64,000 bases of DNA from Blepharisma stoltei ATCC 30299 (Eukaryota > Protista > Ciliophora), in NCBI GenBank assembly GCA_965603825.1, contig CBFDEM010000021.1:885585-949584 (forward strand), in the 5' to 3' direction. A program made the position numbers and the translations under genes. Shown one piece after another: positions 12,476-24,529 of the stretch; the first letter of the stretch is position 1, and the number at the start of each line of letters is the position of its first letter. Below the pieces are notes generated by a model that worked only from the letters and a program-made list of their open reading frames with translations, had not been told where the DNA came from and ran no database searches.

Positions 12476-14257
12476 ATTAGCGCAGTAAGTTGCACAATTA
12501 CAACTAATAACTTGAGTGTTAGTCAGCTCCCTGCTGATATTAAGGTATCGTTCAAGCAAGCCTAGCCTGCAACGCAAGAGTTTAGAGTCCAACTTGAGGT
12601 ATCAATCACTGTTGCATCACCTAGAGTCACTTCAATAGTACCTTTAGTCAGAGTCGAAACAAGGGGATGAGCAAAATCAAGTTCAATATTTGGACTAGAG
12701 AAACTGAGCTGATACCCAACAGAATCAACTCTACAAGTCAACCCATCTTGAACAATTAAGTTAGCACACTTAAAACAATCAGGAGTTGTTGTGCAAGATC
12801 TGGCAGGAGTCAGTACAAGCTAAATAAAAATTACCAACGCATGATGTCGCTCCAGCTTGATCATAGAGGAAATACCCTGAATTGCATTGAGTGCATACTG
12901 TAGAAGATGTTCATTTAGCACAGTTTTGCAGGGGAGTTAGCATTGCAAAAAGTTGAAGGATCTTTGATGGTTGTTCCACAAGCTTGACATCCAGTTGAAT
13001 CGCAAGAAGTGCAGGCAGCTGCTAAGCTTAAGCATTTTTGAGTAGGATGGCACCAGGAATCTGAGCAGGTCCCTGTACAAGTCCCATCGATGTTTTTTTA
13101 TTTTGTCCGAGAAATCAAATGCAATAATTGAGTTAAAAGGAGTCCAGATACTAGCTGAACTGAACCAAATAAGTTCATACAAAATGAGCTTTAACACCAA
13201 AACCAAAGCCAACAGCCCCACCAGTTGGAGAATAATAATCACCATTACGGCTGTTTGTTATTGAATCCTGCCCAAACATAATAATCATAGTGTTCATGTC
13301 ATTCCAAAACATCACAATAAAAATCCAGGAGTCTAAATATACCTCTCGCAGATGAGAAGCAGCATTATTTACTAATTAAGATAAGCTTAGGAAAGTGTTA
13401 AGATAAGATGGCCTTATGATTTCAGTTTTAACAAATAGAAAAGTATTTAAGGATCAACAGCTGCCCTTTATAAACTGTTCCAGCTAGAAATGAACTTCTA
13501 GTTAGTGCATTTTCCAACTAGAACATTGTTGAAAGTAGAGCTATCTAGCGTTAAAACCTTTTTTTCAAGTGCCACTGAAAGAAAATGCTGGGCGAGCGAT
13601 GCAAAACCTGCCCGAACACAATTTCCTATTGCTTTAGACTCAATTTTCTTCTCTTTTTGGTTTCTGACAGCAGCAAACTCCTCAACTCTTAACAAGCCTA
13701 GAAGAGAAAGGGTAATCGTCAATTTATTTGAGTGTTTAAATTTTAGATAAATATTTTTTTTATGGCTGTGGCTAGATTTATATGGCAAATACTTACAGAA
13801 TAAGTATAAAAATTACTTCTTGGAACATTAAAAGAGAATGATTTGCTCTTTGTACTGCCACTACCGTCTATATAATCAAAATCTAAAGTACCTTCAGTTG
13901 TTGATTTTCCTATATAAGAATTAGAATTGAAAGCAGAGTTTCCAATTTTCATTACTTCTGTGCTAAGGGTTGATTAAGAGATGCATAATTGCCACAAGGT
14001 GTGAAGTTTATGAGTCATCTCCACGAGAAGTTGTTCATATGGACTGATGAGCAACTAAAAGCTGGTTCCACATCTGAATTGGCTTGAGCAGGGCTTGTGT
14101 TAGCAAAATGAGTGCTATCTTGTTTTACCTTGACATCTGAGCTAGAGTAAAAAGGTTTGGTAAAAATAAGGTCAAAGCATGGGGTGAAAGTATCTGATTT
14201 GACCATAGAGGAAAGCAAAAGGACGAGGAAAGTATTCAGTGATAGGGAATAAACCAT
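12476..14257 (-). pseudogene. Disrupted copy of the secreted Cys-rich protein gene (inverted paralog of 5445-6329)
   Basis: Starts with MVYSLSLNTFLVLLLSSMVKS (signal peptide-like) and has frameshifts and stops (e.g. near 13955). 12565-13375 is the reverse-complement homolog of 5445-6242. 15-nt intron at 12820-12834; the terminal 84 bp (12481-12564) are inverted. Confidence 0.75.
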
Positions 14258-15177
14258 TTATAAGAGAAAAAAATTTATTAAATTTATGCACATTTTTCCT
14301 AATAAAGTTTTTTGCGAATCATAAGGAAAATTAAAATTTTTGACCTTCTTAAATTTTAAAACTTATTTTAATTTAATAAAATACTACATTCAATAAATAC
14401 CCAATTAAAATATCTACTTCTCTGATTTTCTAAATTTTTTCTAAAGTTAATAAACAAAAAAATATCGAAGCGAAAAAAAAAATTTCTCTAGAGACTTTAA
14501 ACATTTTTCTTAATCTAATACTTAAATATCTCTCTTTTACTAAGAATAGACAGATATTAAAGTAAACCTCATATCTATCTAATAAAAAGATAGGGCTGCT
14601 GAAAATTTAAGATTTCAAAACCTTATTCAATTCCTTAAAAAATGCAAAAAATTGAAGCTCAAGATAAAGTGAAATCATTTATTTTGGAAAAGGGATCCAG
14701 CTTATCAATCTAAAAAACGAAAATTCTAGATTTTTGAAGCTTACATGAAAACCAATTATTATTTCAAACAAATATCGATTTTGAAATAGAGATGAATAAA
14801 TATGAAAGGCAAAAAGGACTTTCTTTGCAAAAATTATTCAACAAAGAATAAATAAAACGCGAATTAGGATCAGAGGGTAAATATATATTTAACTTCTATT
14901 CTTTAATATTCCCCAGAATTTTATTGCACATTTTAAAAAATATAGAGGAGCTTTTACTTGGAAAATAGAAAAATGCGAAAGCAGCTTGCTATTTTTTCAA
15001 TTTCCCCTATATTAAATTCATAAGCAAACAGCTAATTTTATTTTAGATTTATAAAAAATTATTTGTTGAATATTGGATAAAATTTATTAAAAATGTTTAG
15101 CTAAATCCTTGAAAAATATTCACTTATCAGATAAGTGCTGATAAATTTATATGAGGATTAAGCATGCGACTTAATTA

Positions 15178-15562
15178 AGAAATAAGAAGAAATAGGCCTC
15201 TATGATCAATCTTGAAATCCATTTTTTGCCTGCAGATTTTGATAGAGATTAAGTATTAAAATTTTAATTTATTTGATTTAATAGAATTGAGCAATTTAAA
15301 GCATGCAATTCATGACAAAATCAAATATTCTGTCGAAAAAGAGAAGAAAATTTCCTTAGTTTCTACGAAATAAAATGCGAGAATAAACAATGCATATAAT
15401 TTATAAGCAGGACTCTATCTAGATTTATATTAATTTATGATATTTTAAAATTTTTTTCCCTTTTATTTCCTTTAAAAAGGAATTTTTACTTTCATATAAA
15501 TCTAGCGCCAATAAATTGAATGTCAAATTTGGTCTTCAGAGACCTATTTCTTCTTATTTCTA
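15178..15562. repeat. ~385-bp segment bounded by imperfect ~50-bp inverted repeats, related to 11998-12185
   Basis: agaaataagaagaaataggcctctatgatcaatcttgaaatcca (15178+) pairs with the reverse complement of 15507-15562 (tagaaataagaagaaataggtctctgaagaccaaatttgacattca). 15355-15450 is the reverse-complement homolog of 12090-12182. Confidence 0.6.
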
Positions 15563-15924
15563 GGTAAAAAGCTATATATTTAGTTTTATTTCTTCCAAGC
15601 CTTTTTAGCATTGAGTTCACGTTTAGCCAAGCCTAACTAATCTCATTTTTTTAATATTTCGGATTATAAACTAAATCTATTTCATTTTAAATATTTATAG
15701 TTCTTAATATATAGGTTTAAATAATTAAATAAATTCATTATAAAACGTATTTGTAATAAGCTTTTATATCACGCTGTAATCTTTTACCTTTAGCTTCAGC
15801 AGCTATGCTGCCACAGGAATTATCGATCCCCAGCATTTCTTCCGGTTTCTACCACAGATTCTCCTCAGTTTTTCCAAGTTCTCTTTATTTTCCCTTCAAC
15901 TTTTGTTGAATTTGTCTCAATTGG

Positions 15925-16830
15925 CTTTAGTATTTCATATTTGAGCTCAATTTAGGAAAATTCAGCAATTACTGACTCTAGAATTAACATATATTAAAAA
16001 ACTCGAAATGGGGTGCTTTTAGCTGTGCGTGAATTTATAATGCTTTGGATTTTTATGTGAATTTTTCGTTTAGATGAAAAATCAAAGTTTGTAGACTTTG
16101 TAAACTGGCTTGGGGATTTTTTGATGCCGATTTTAGGATACTTGGGCTTTATTCCTTTTATTTCAATTTGTCTTAATATTTTTGTGTGCGATAAGCCAAT
16201 AGGAAATAGCTTTGCAGATAGTTTTTATCATATGACTGCTGTTATTTTTACTGAATAAAAATGAGTATTTAGCATATGCAATTTTATCAATTTTTGCTTT
16301 ATTGTGTTATAAGCCACTTGCCTTTTTTAGGCTGGTTTAGCTGATGCTCCATGTAAAAGCTGCTCCTTCTTTTTAATGATAAAGACAATAGTCCAAGTGT
16401 CTTTAATTGTGATGAATAAAACAGTAAGACGAGCCCAAAAATTATTCATGGAGTTTATTTATTTTTTTTTATGGATTTTTATATTACTTTTCTTTTCACC
16501 TTAAGCCTTACAGCTATTCAAAGTTCAATTTGTGGTAAAATTTAAGTTTAATGGGCGTTGTATGGCAAGCAATTCTATCTACAATTGCATTAGGCGCAAA
16601 AGGAATTCCATAATTTCAACAGTGTTTTTGTTTAGTGGATGGTTTATTATTATATTATTTGAATTGTATTGTACATCCAAAGAAAAAAGTATCCAAATTT
16701 ATTATACAGAAAAAGCTTCATGATACAACAAGTTTATTTAAATTTGCTTTACATTTGGTAAGACCTCTCATAAAGCGTTGACTAAAATAGCTCCATAAGC
16801 AGCTCGTCAGAGCGCCAAAAAATAAATAAT
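15925..16830 (+). pseudogene. Decayed membrane-domain half of a VFT/multi-TM receptor paralog
   Basis: Recognisable LMPILGYLGFIPFISICLNIFVCDKPIGNSFADSF, LHVKAAP, IVMNKTVRRAQ and TSLFKFA segments, broken by many indels and stops; closest to copies 2 and 3. Confidence 0.85.
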
Positions 16831-17515
16831 GGAAATCGTTAAAAAGAAATTAATATATGAAAGTAAAAAGGTCAAACTGTAAAGGTTAAGCAGATTTTAA
16901 AATTCACAACAAAACTTATGGTAAAACTTTTTTTATAATTCAGAATATTCCCAGAAAGATGCTTCAATGATGCTATTATGCAGCTAAATCTTGAGATTAG
17001 TTAGCCTTGCTTAAACACTTTGATTTGAGGATAAAATTATAATTTTAAGAAGATTAATTACTCTTGCTTAAACGATTCACTGATTTCAGCTGAAAACTTG
17101 CACTCAAGCTATTAACTGTAATAGTGAAGCTCCAGCACTCCCAACACAAGAGTTTAGAGTCTAGGCAAAGGTAGGTTTAACTTTAAAAATACAATCGGCT
17201 GATATAAATATAATTAAAAATATAAAAATTACATTTCTTTTTTAGAAATACAGAATTTTTTTATTATCGTGAAAAATATTAAAAAGCATCTCTTTTAAAT
17301 CTATTTATTAAATAAAATTATTAATCGATATTTTATTCTTAAGATTGTTTTTTATTTATAGCGGATTTTACTTTACTTCTTTCATTGGCAAGATGCTCTA
17401 ATTAATCATAATTTTAGCTGGTCAGTTTTCGACAAAAAGCGCTCAGATTGCTTCACAAATAATTATTTTTATTCTTATTCAATTTTAGTTTAACAAGAAA
17501 TTAATTAAAAAAACA

Positions 17516-20500
17516 ATGCCACTGGTGCTAAAACAGAAATCTTTTATGAAACTATTCTATTTAGCGTGATTTATTAATCTTGCAGTTTCCATAGAAGTCA
17601 TTATTATTCAAGATAGCGACGACAAAAAAGACTTTTTATGAGATGCCACAACTATAACCTCTTTTCTTCAGAATTCTGCTCCTCAAATCGACTGGCATAT
17701 TTGCCAACACATATCAGCCTACCAATGTATAGATTCATATCCAAACGCTTATATACTGCTTGACCTATCCCAAGACCTAAGCACCCAGCTTACAATATCT
17801 CAGCTCTGCCAAGAGTCAAAAAGAGTGCACTTAGTTATCCAAGACGAGTTCAAATACTTCGACGATAGGACTTATTCAGTCATTTCCTCCAAAAATCACA
17901 GATTTAATGCTTTCTTTGCAGTCCTAAATTATTATAGCTGAAGCAAAGGGACAGTTTTTACGACTTGGGAAGACGAAGAAAGGTTTTTGAATTTTACCTC
18001 AAATTTTGAATTAATGATTATTGAATCGTGAACTGACATGGAGAATTTAATAATGAGGGTTGTGCCTCCTTTGGGATCGACTCTTTATTATATTTTCACA
18101 CAAAATAATGAATCCCTTTCTATACAAAATTACTTAGAAAGTGCACATTTATTAACGGAAGGAAGTGGGATTATTTTTAATCAAAAAAGTGGGTATAAGT
18201 GTAAAACGGAAGGTGCTTTAATTGTCACTGAGGAAGGACAAGAAAATGTCGATTCTGAAGAAAAATATTTGGAAAATTCTATTATGAAATTTCTAAATGC
18301 TATAATAAACACTCAGAATTATCTTGAGGCAATTACAATATTGAGCAGTAACTGGAAATCTCATTATGGGCAAGATGCATTTTCGCTTGTCAATGTGCAG
18401 GCTGGAAAAAGAATTACAATTGGATCTGTTATTAATGGGCAAGTTATAATCCGTAATAGCACAATTTTCCCGGGGGAAACTACATCGATCCCAAAATCCA
18501 ACAAAAAAATCCTAAACCTCAGCATTGAAGCAGGAATTACAAATCCAAATTATTCTCCTTCTACAATAGGATCTGTAGCAGCTAGAGGAGCTTACTTAGC
18601 AATAGACTATATAAACGCAGGCACCTCTGGAATGCTACCAAATTATCAAATTGACATGTTTAACTATGACTGTGGGGTGACTATTTATAATGCAACCTAT
18701 GCTAAAGCTTGCTTTAAAAAAGACTTTGATAGCTTTGGCCTAGCCCACATTGTATCATATGCATCCTCAATGGCTCTCGGGGTGTTAAAATTATTCAAGT
18801 CTTTAAACTGGACTATTCCAATTATCGGGATTAATTCAGATCCTTCTTTTAATTCTTCAACCCTTTACCCATTTTATCAAAGGGTTTGGCCTTCAACTTC
18901 ATTTACTCTCCCTTTAATCCCTGTTTTATTAAGATCTCTTGGCTGGGAAAAAGCAGCTGTCCTCTATCAAAATGATAGCTGGGGGCAGGGTGGGTACTAT
19001 TACTTAAAAGTCGGAGCAAATACACACGATATGCTTTTTGTGAATCCTGACGAGACAAGAGCGATTCCTACAGGACTTGACAGGGCAACAATAAAAAATC
19101 ACTTAGATATTATACAAGGAGTTATCAATTCAGACGCAAGGCTAGTCATTTTTATTATTCAGGTTCCATTAGTGCAATATGTAATCGAAACTTTCTATGA
19201 CTTAGGCCTAAGAAGGGGCGATATATTAATATTTACAGCTGTTCCAGATATTTTGACTAATATTTTGACAAGTGACGACTACCTTTATAAAAGGCTGGAA
19301 ATCGGAGTCCCTATGATGACTTTTTTTGGGGAGCAATGAGTTGGGGAATTTGGCCAAGGCGCCTATACCAAGATTGTGAAGCAGTATAATGCCACTCCAA
19401 GCTCATTTGCCTGCCATTATTTTGACATAATTTATTTAATAGGCCATGCTCTTGATTTTATGATTAACCGTGGGCAAGATTATACAAATCCTTATAAGCT
19501 GGAAAGTGTTATCAGAAATACACAGTTTACAGGGTGCTCTGGGCGCGTGATAATCGAAAAAGGAACCAATGATAGAATTACATCAGTCTTAAACGTCCAA
19601 GCAGATAAATTTGATATAAGTGGAAACGTAATTCCTTATTTTATAGGAGTGCTAAAGCCTTTTAGCACACAAATTTTGCATATTACTAACCCACTTGTCT
19701 ATCCTGGTGGGACTACTACAAAGCCAACAGACCTAAGAAACCAAAATAGTGACTGTCCTTTTCCTGACGATAAAGTAAAAACCTTCATTAAGGGGAAAAT
19801 CCTGATTTTTGGCATTTGTTTTGCAATAGCCTTGGTATCAATGATAATAACATTTGTTATATGAAAAAGATGATGGAATATCCCTATAGAAGAGCTCAAA
19901 GAAAAACAAGAAATTTCTTTCCCAGACTTGATTGTAGCTATTACAATCGCGATCGAGTTTTTCCAATATGCGTCGATGGGGCCTAATATCTCATATTTAA
20001 GCTCAGTTATGAATAATTTCAGCAATTCTCTGACTTTGGAGCTAACAAACATCATAAAGCTCAAAAATGGTGTCTTTTGGATAATTGTTGATGCTGTATA
20101 TGGGTTAATCCTCCTATGAATTTCTATGTGTGCAGTTGTTCTTTTCCGCTTAGATGAAAAATATTCCCATTTTTCTATTTTTCGGTTTGTAGCTTGGCTT
20201 GCTGATTATATGATGCCGATTTTAGGAAATTTGTGCTTCATTCCGTTTATTTCGATTTGTCTTGATATTTTTGTATGTGATCAGTCAATCGGAGATAATT
20301 TTACTGATAGCTTTCTATCATTTGACTGTTATTATTTTTGCTGAAAAGATGAGCATTTAGTATATGCAATTTTGTCATTTTTCGCTTTATTGTGCTATGA
20401 GCCGCTAGCAGTATTTTGTAGGCCGCTTTGGCAAGAATTGCAGCTGCTTTTGCATGTAAAAGCAGTTCCTCTTTTCTTAATGGTCAAGACGATTATCCAG

Positions 20501-20953
20501 GTGGCTTTAATAGTGATGAATAAGACAGTAAAAAGAGCACAAGATATTACTCATGGGGTGTTGTTTATCGCTGTGATGATTATTTACATTGTTTTTCTTT
20601 ATAAATTCAAGCCTTATAATTACTCAAGGTTCAATTTATGGCAAAATTTGAGTTTAATTGGGGTAGTCTGGCTTGCAATATTATCCACAGTTGCATTGGG
20701 TACAAAAGGAAACTCTGTGATCTTGACTATATTTTTATTTGTTGGATGGCTTATTATTGGCCTTATCGGGCTGTATATACAAAGAAAAAGGTGCCCAAGT
20801 TTACTTTTTAGAAAGAAAGGCCATGATACAGCAAGCCTGTTTAAATTTGCTTTTACTTTTGGTAAGAGTTCACGAAAAGCTTTGAATCGGATAGCTCCTT
20901 CTAGTGGCTCACTAGAATCTCAAAACAAAAATAAAAAACTTAATAGCAGATAA
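17516..20953 (+). CDS. Receptor-like protein, copy 2 (tandem VFT, ~9 TM), ~1145 aa
   Basis: ATG at 17516 is in frame with ORFs 18038, 19376, 19928, 20126 and 20372 when TGA=W; same motifs as copy 1. Confidence 0.9.
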
Positions 20954-21024
20954 TTTTTTATATATACTAAGACTTTTTTTAATTCTTTTTTAATTGATAT
21001 AATTGCAAATGGTATTATAAAAAC

Positions 21025-24000
21025 ATGCTAAGAATGTGGTTTATTTTACTTCGAAGACTTTTTTTAAAGCTCTTTTTAGTCGCATTGCTCCTAAACCTTT
21101 CGCTTTCTCTAGAAATTATTTTAATCCAAAGTAATGAAAATTTCAAAGGCAATTTGTGAAATGAAGAGACTTTGATTAATTATTTAGTAGATGCCAGTCC
21201 TCAAATAGACTGACATATTTGCCCATACATTTCAGCAGCTAAATGTATAGAATTTTATCAAGACTCCTACATTTTAATTGATCTATCGCAAGACCTAACC
21301 ACCCAAGCTGAAATATCTGAGCTTTGTAGGGAATATAAAAAAGTTCATCTAGTAGCTCAAGACGAGTTTAAATACCACAATGACTTGACTTTTTCTGTCA
21401 TTTCGTCTAAAAAAGCCAAATTTAGTGCATTTTTTACTTTACTGAACTTTTATAACTGAAGTAAAGGGACAATTTTTACAAATTGGTACAACCAGGAAAT
21501 GTTTTTGAATTTCACCGAAAGCTTTAATTTATTAACAATTGAATCAATGATTGATATGGAAAATTTAATCATGAGAGTTGTGCCACCGTTAGGATCAACT
21601 CTTTATTATATTTTTACTCAGAATAATGAATCGATTTCTATACAAACTTATTTAATAGAGGCAAATCTATTAACAGAAGGGAATGGAATTATTTTAAATC
21701 AGAAAAGCGGCTACAGGTGTAAAATAGAAGGAGCCTTGATAGTAACTGATATGGGTAACGAGTACGCTGACTCTGAAGAAAAATACCTGGGCTCTTCTAT
21801 TTTAACTTTTCTCAAGGAAATCGAAAACTCTGAAAATTTTCTCGATGTGGTAAATATATTAGAAAAAGAACATAATTCTCATTATGGGCAAAATAAATTT
21901 TCTATTATCAATATACAAGGTGGGGAAAGGGTTATAATTGGATCGATTATTGAAGGAGTGGCTTTTATGCCAAATAACCCAATTTTCCCAGGAAATACTA
22001 CGTCTATTCCAAAATCACACAAAAAAATCCTAGATATCAGCATTGAAGCAGGATCTACAAACCCGAATTATTCACCCTCAACTGTCGGCCCTCTTGCAGC
22101 TAGAGGTTCATATTTAGCTGTCAGCTATATAAATGCGGGTACCTCAGGAATATTATCAAATTTTCAAATTAATATGTTTAATTATGACTGTGGTGCTAGT
22201 GTTTATAATGCAACATTTTCCAAAGCTTGTTTTCAAAAGGATTTTGATAGTTTTGGCTTAGCTCACATAGTATCATATGCATCCTCAATGGCTCTCGGCA
22301 CTGTAAAACTATTCAAGTCACTAAATTGGAATTTTCCTCTTTTAGGTATTAATTCAGATCCTTCATTTAATTCCTCCACATTATATCCATGGTATCAAAG
22401 GGTTTGGCCTTCATCATCATTTACACTTCCCTTGATCCCTGTCTTATTACGATCTCTTGGCTGACAAAAAGCAGCAATTCTATACCAAAACGACAGCTGA
22501 GGCCAAAATGGCTACTATTTTTTAAACCTAGGCGCAAATACCCATAATTTGATTTTAGTGAATCCTGACAATACCAGAGCAATTCCTATAGGACTTGACA
22601 GAAATACCATAAAAAATCATTCAGATATCCTACAAGGCGTAATAGACTCAAATGCAAGGCTTGTTATTCTTCTAGTCCAAGTCCCATTAGTACAGTATGT
22701 AATAGAAGCTTTTTATGATTTAGGCCTAAGGAGAGGCGATATACTTATCTTTGTTTCTGTCCCCGATATTCTGTCCAATATTTTGACGACTGATGACTAC
22801 CTTTATAAAAGGCTGGAAATCGGAGTCCCTATGATGACTTTTTTTGGGCAGCAATGAGTCGGAAAACTTGGCGAGGGCGCATATTCAAAAATTTTGCAAT
22901 TATATAATAACACTGCGCCCAGTTCTTTTGCGTGCCATTATTTTGATATAATTTATTTAATAGGCCATGCTCTTGATTTTATGATTAACCGTGGGCAAGA
23001 TTATACAAATCCTTATAAACTGGAAAGTGTAATAAGAAACACACAGTTTATAGGCTGTTCTGGAAGCGTGATTATAGAAAAAGGCAGCAATGACAGATTT
23101 GTGTCAGTTTTAAGCGTCCAAGCAGATAAATTTGATATAAATGGAAATGTTGTCAAGTATTTTATAGGAGAATTAAAGCCTTATAGCACTCAGATGTTAC
23201 AAATCTCTACCCCACTTATTTATCCTGATGGGACTACCATAAAACCTGCAGATTTACGAAACCAAAACACTGACTGCCCTTTTCCTGATAGCGAGATAAA
23301 AACCTTTGTGAAAGGAAAAATTTTGGTCTTTTGCATTTGTTTTGCTATTACTCTTATATCAATTATAATTACTTTTATTATATGAAAAAGGTGATGGAAA
23401 TTTTCAATTGAGGAGCTCAAAGAAAAACAAGAAATTTCTTTCCAAGACGCCGTAGTCGCTGCGACGATCGCTATCGAATTTTTCCAATTTGCTTCGATGG
23501 GGCCTAATATGTCATATTTAAGCTCGGCTTTAGGAAATTTCAGCAACTCTTTAACTTTGGAAATGACAAATATCATAAAACTCAGGAACGGGATGTTTTG
23601 GATCATTGTTGATGCAGTTTATGGATTGATAGTTCTATGACTTTCTATGTGTGGAGTAATTCTTCTTCGCTTGGATGAAAAATATTTGCATTTTACGCTG
23701 TTCAGGTTTATAGCTTGGCTTGCTGACTATATGATGCCGATTTTAGGAAATTTGTGCTTCATTCCGTTTATTTCGATTTGTCTTGATATTTTTGTATGTG
23801 ATCAATCTATTGGAGATAATTTCACTGATAGTTTTTTATCGTATGACTGCTATTATTTTTGCTGAAAAGGAGAACATTTAGCATATGCAATTTTGTCATT
23901 TTTCGCTTTATTGTGCTATGAGCCACTTGCAGTGTTCTGCAGGCCTCTTTGGCAGGAGTTCCAATCTTTACTACATGTAAAAGCAGCCCCTCTGTTTTTG

Positions 24001-24456
24001 ATGGTAAAAACAATTATTCAGGTGGCTTTAATAGTGATGAATAAGACAGTAAAAAGAGCCCAAGATATTACTCATGGAGCTTTATTTGTTTTGGTAATGA
24101 TCATTTATATTGCTTTTCTATTTAAGTTCAAGCCTTATAACTATTCAAGATTCAATTTATGACAAAACTTAAGCTTAATCGGAGTGGTGTGACTAGCAAT
24201 ATTGTCAACAATCGCACTAGGCGCTAAGGGAAACTCTGCAATATTAACAGTATTATTATGTGCTGGATGGGCCATGATTGGAATATCCGGGCTTTATATT
24301 CAAAAGAAGAAATGCCCAAGCTTACTTTTCAGAAAGAAAGGCAATGACACAACAAATCTATTTAAATTTGCCTTTACCTTTGGAAGAAGTTCACGCAAAG
24401 CTTTGACTAGAATAGCGCCTTCAAGTGCCTCATCAGAGCTTCAGCACAATAAATAA
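21025..24456 (+). CDS. Receptor-like protein, copy 3 (tandem VFT, ~9 TM), ~1143 aa
   Basis: ATG at 21025 (alternative 21034) gives the leader MLRMWFILLRRLFLKLFLVALLLNLSLS, in frame with ORFs 21499-24456 when TGA=W; closest to copy 2. Confidence 0.9.
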
Positions 24457-24529
24457 ATTATAAATAGTAAAATAATGATATATTTTTATTATCTGAAGAA
24501 AAATGAGACAATTAATTATTTATAATAAG

